This document shows, in pieces, positions 63,808 through 64,000 of a stretch of DNA of 64,000 nucleotides. Origin of the DNA: Chiloscyllium plagiosum (taxonomy: Eukaryota); assembly GCF_004010195.1 (NCBI RefSeq), contig NC_057753.1, positions 4,508,900 to 4,572,899 on the forward strand. The letters are read 5' to 3'. The position numbers were made by a program, and so were the translations under genes. The notes below the pieces were generated by a model. The model made no database searches and was not told the origin of the DNA. It saw only the letters and a program-made list of their open reading frames with translations. Position 1 is the stretch's first letter. Every line of letters starts with the position of its first letter.

Positions 63808-64000
63808 AAATGCCCTTCAAGTTGGCATGTCCAGTGTGTTGCAGGCAGGGTGTTCCACACCCCTAATGAGGAAAGAAACTACCCTCTGACATCTGTCCTA
63901 TATCTATCACCCTGCCCCAATTTAAAGCTGTCCCCTCATGCTAGCCATCACCATCTAAGGAAAAAGGCTCACCGTCCAACCTATCTAACCCTCTGATTAT

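Overview
Repeat-dominated vertebrate DNA, most likely from a shark (HE1-type V-SINEs, CR1/HER1 LINEs, Penelope-like elements); the taxon is an inference. A 500-N scaffold gap (37029-37528) splits it into two contigs. The left contig holds a two-exon class A GPCR of the 'GPR139-like' type: a 70-nt exon at 16202-16271 joined across a 14.8-kb intron to 31078-31979 gives a 323-aa open protein. It also holds a decayed Gmr1-type Gypsy element (integrase upstream of RT), solo LTRs and many LINE/SINE fragments. The right contig holds four phase-compatible + strand exons (41012-41114, 48060-48116, 59530-59666, 61984-~62133) resembling a very divergent TPX2, followed by a CpG-decayed promoter/first-exon fossil near 62.4-62.6 kb. 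The most striking recurrent signal is a minimal type-I hammerhead-ribozyme motif (CTGANGA-helix II-GAAACGTH) in at least three Penelope-related families. Several occur in 90-250-bp fold-back insertions with 11-15-bp target duplications whose breakpoints cluster at the ribozyme. All calls are by eye; no searches were run and repeat boundaries are approximate.
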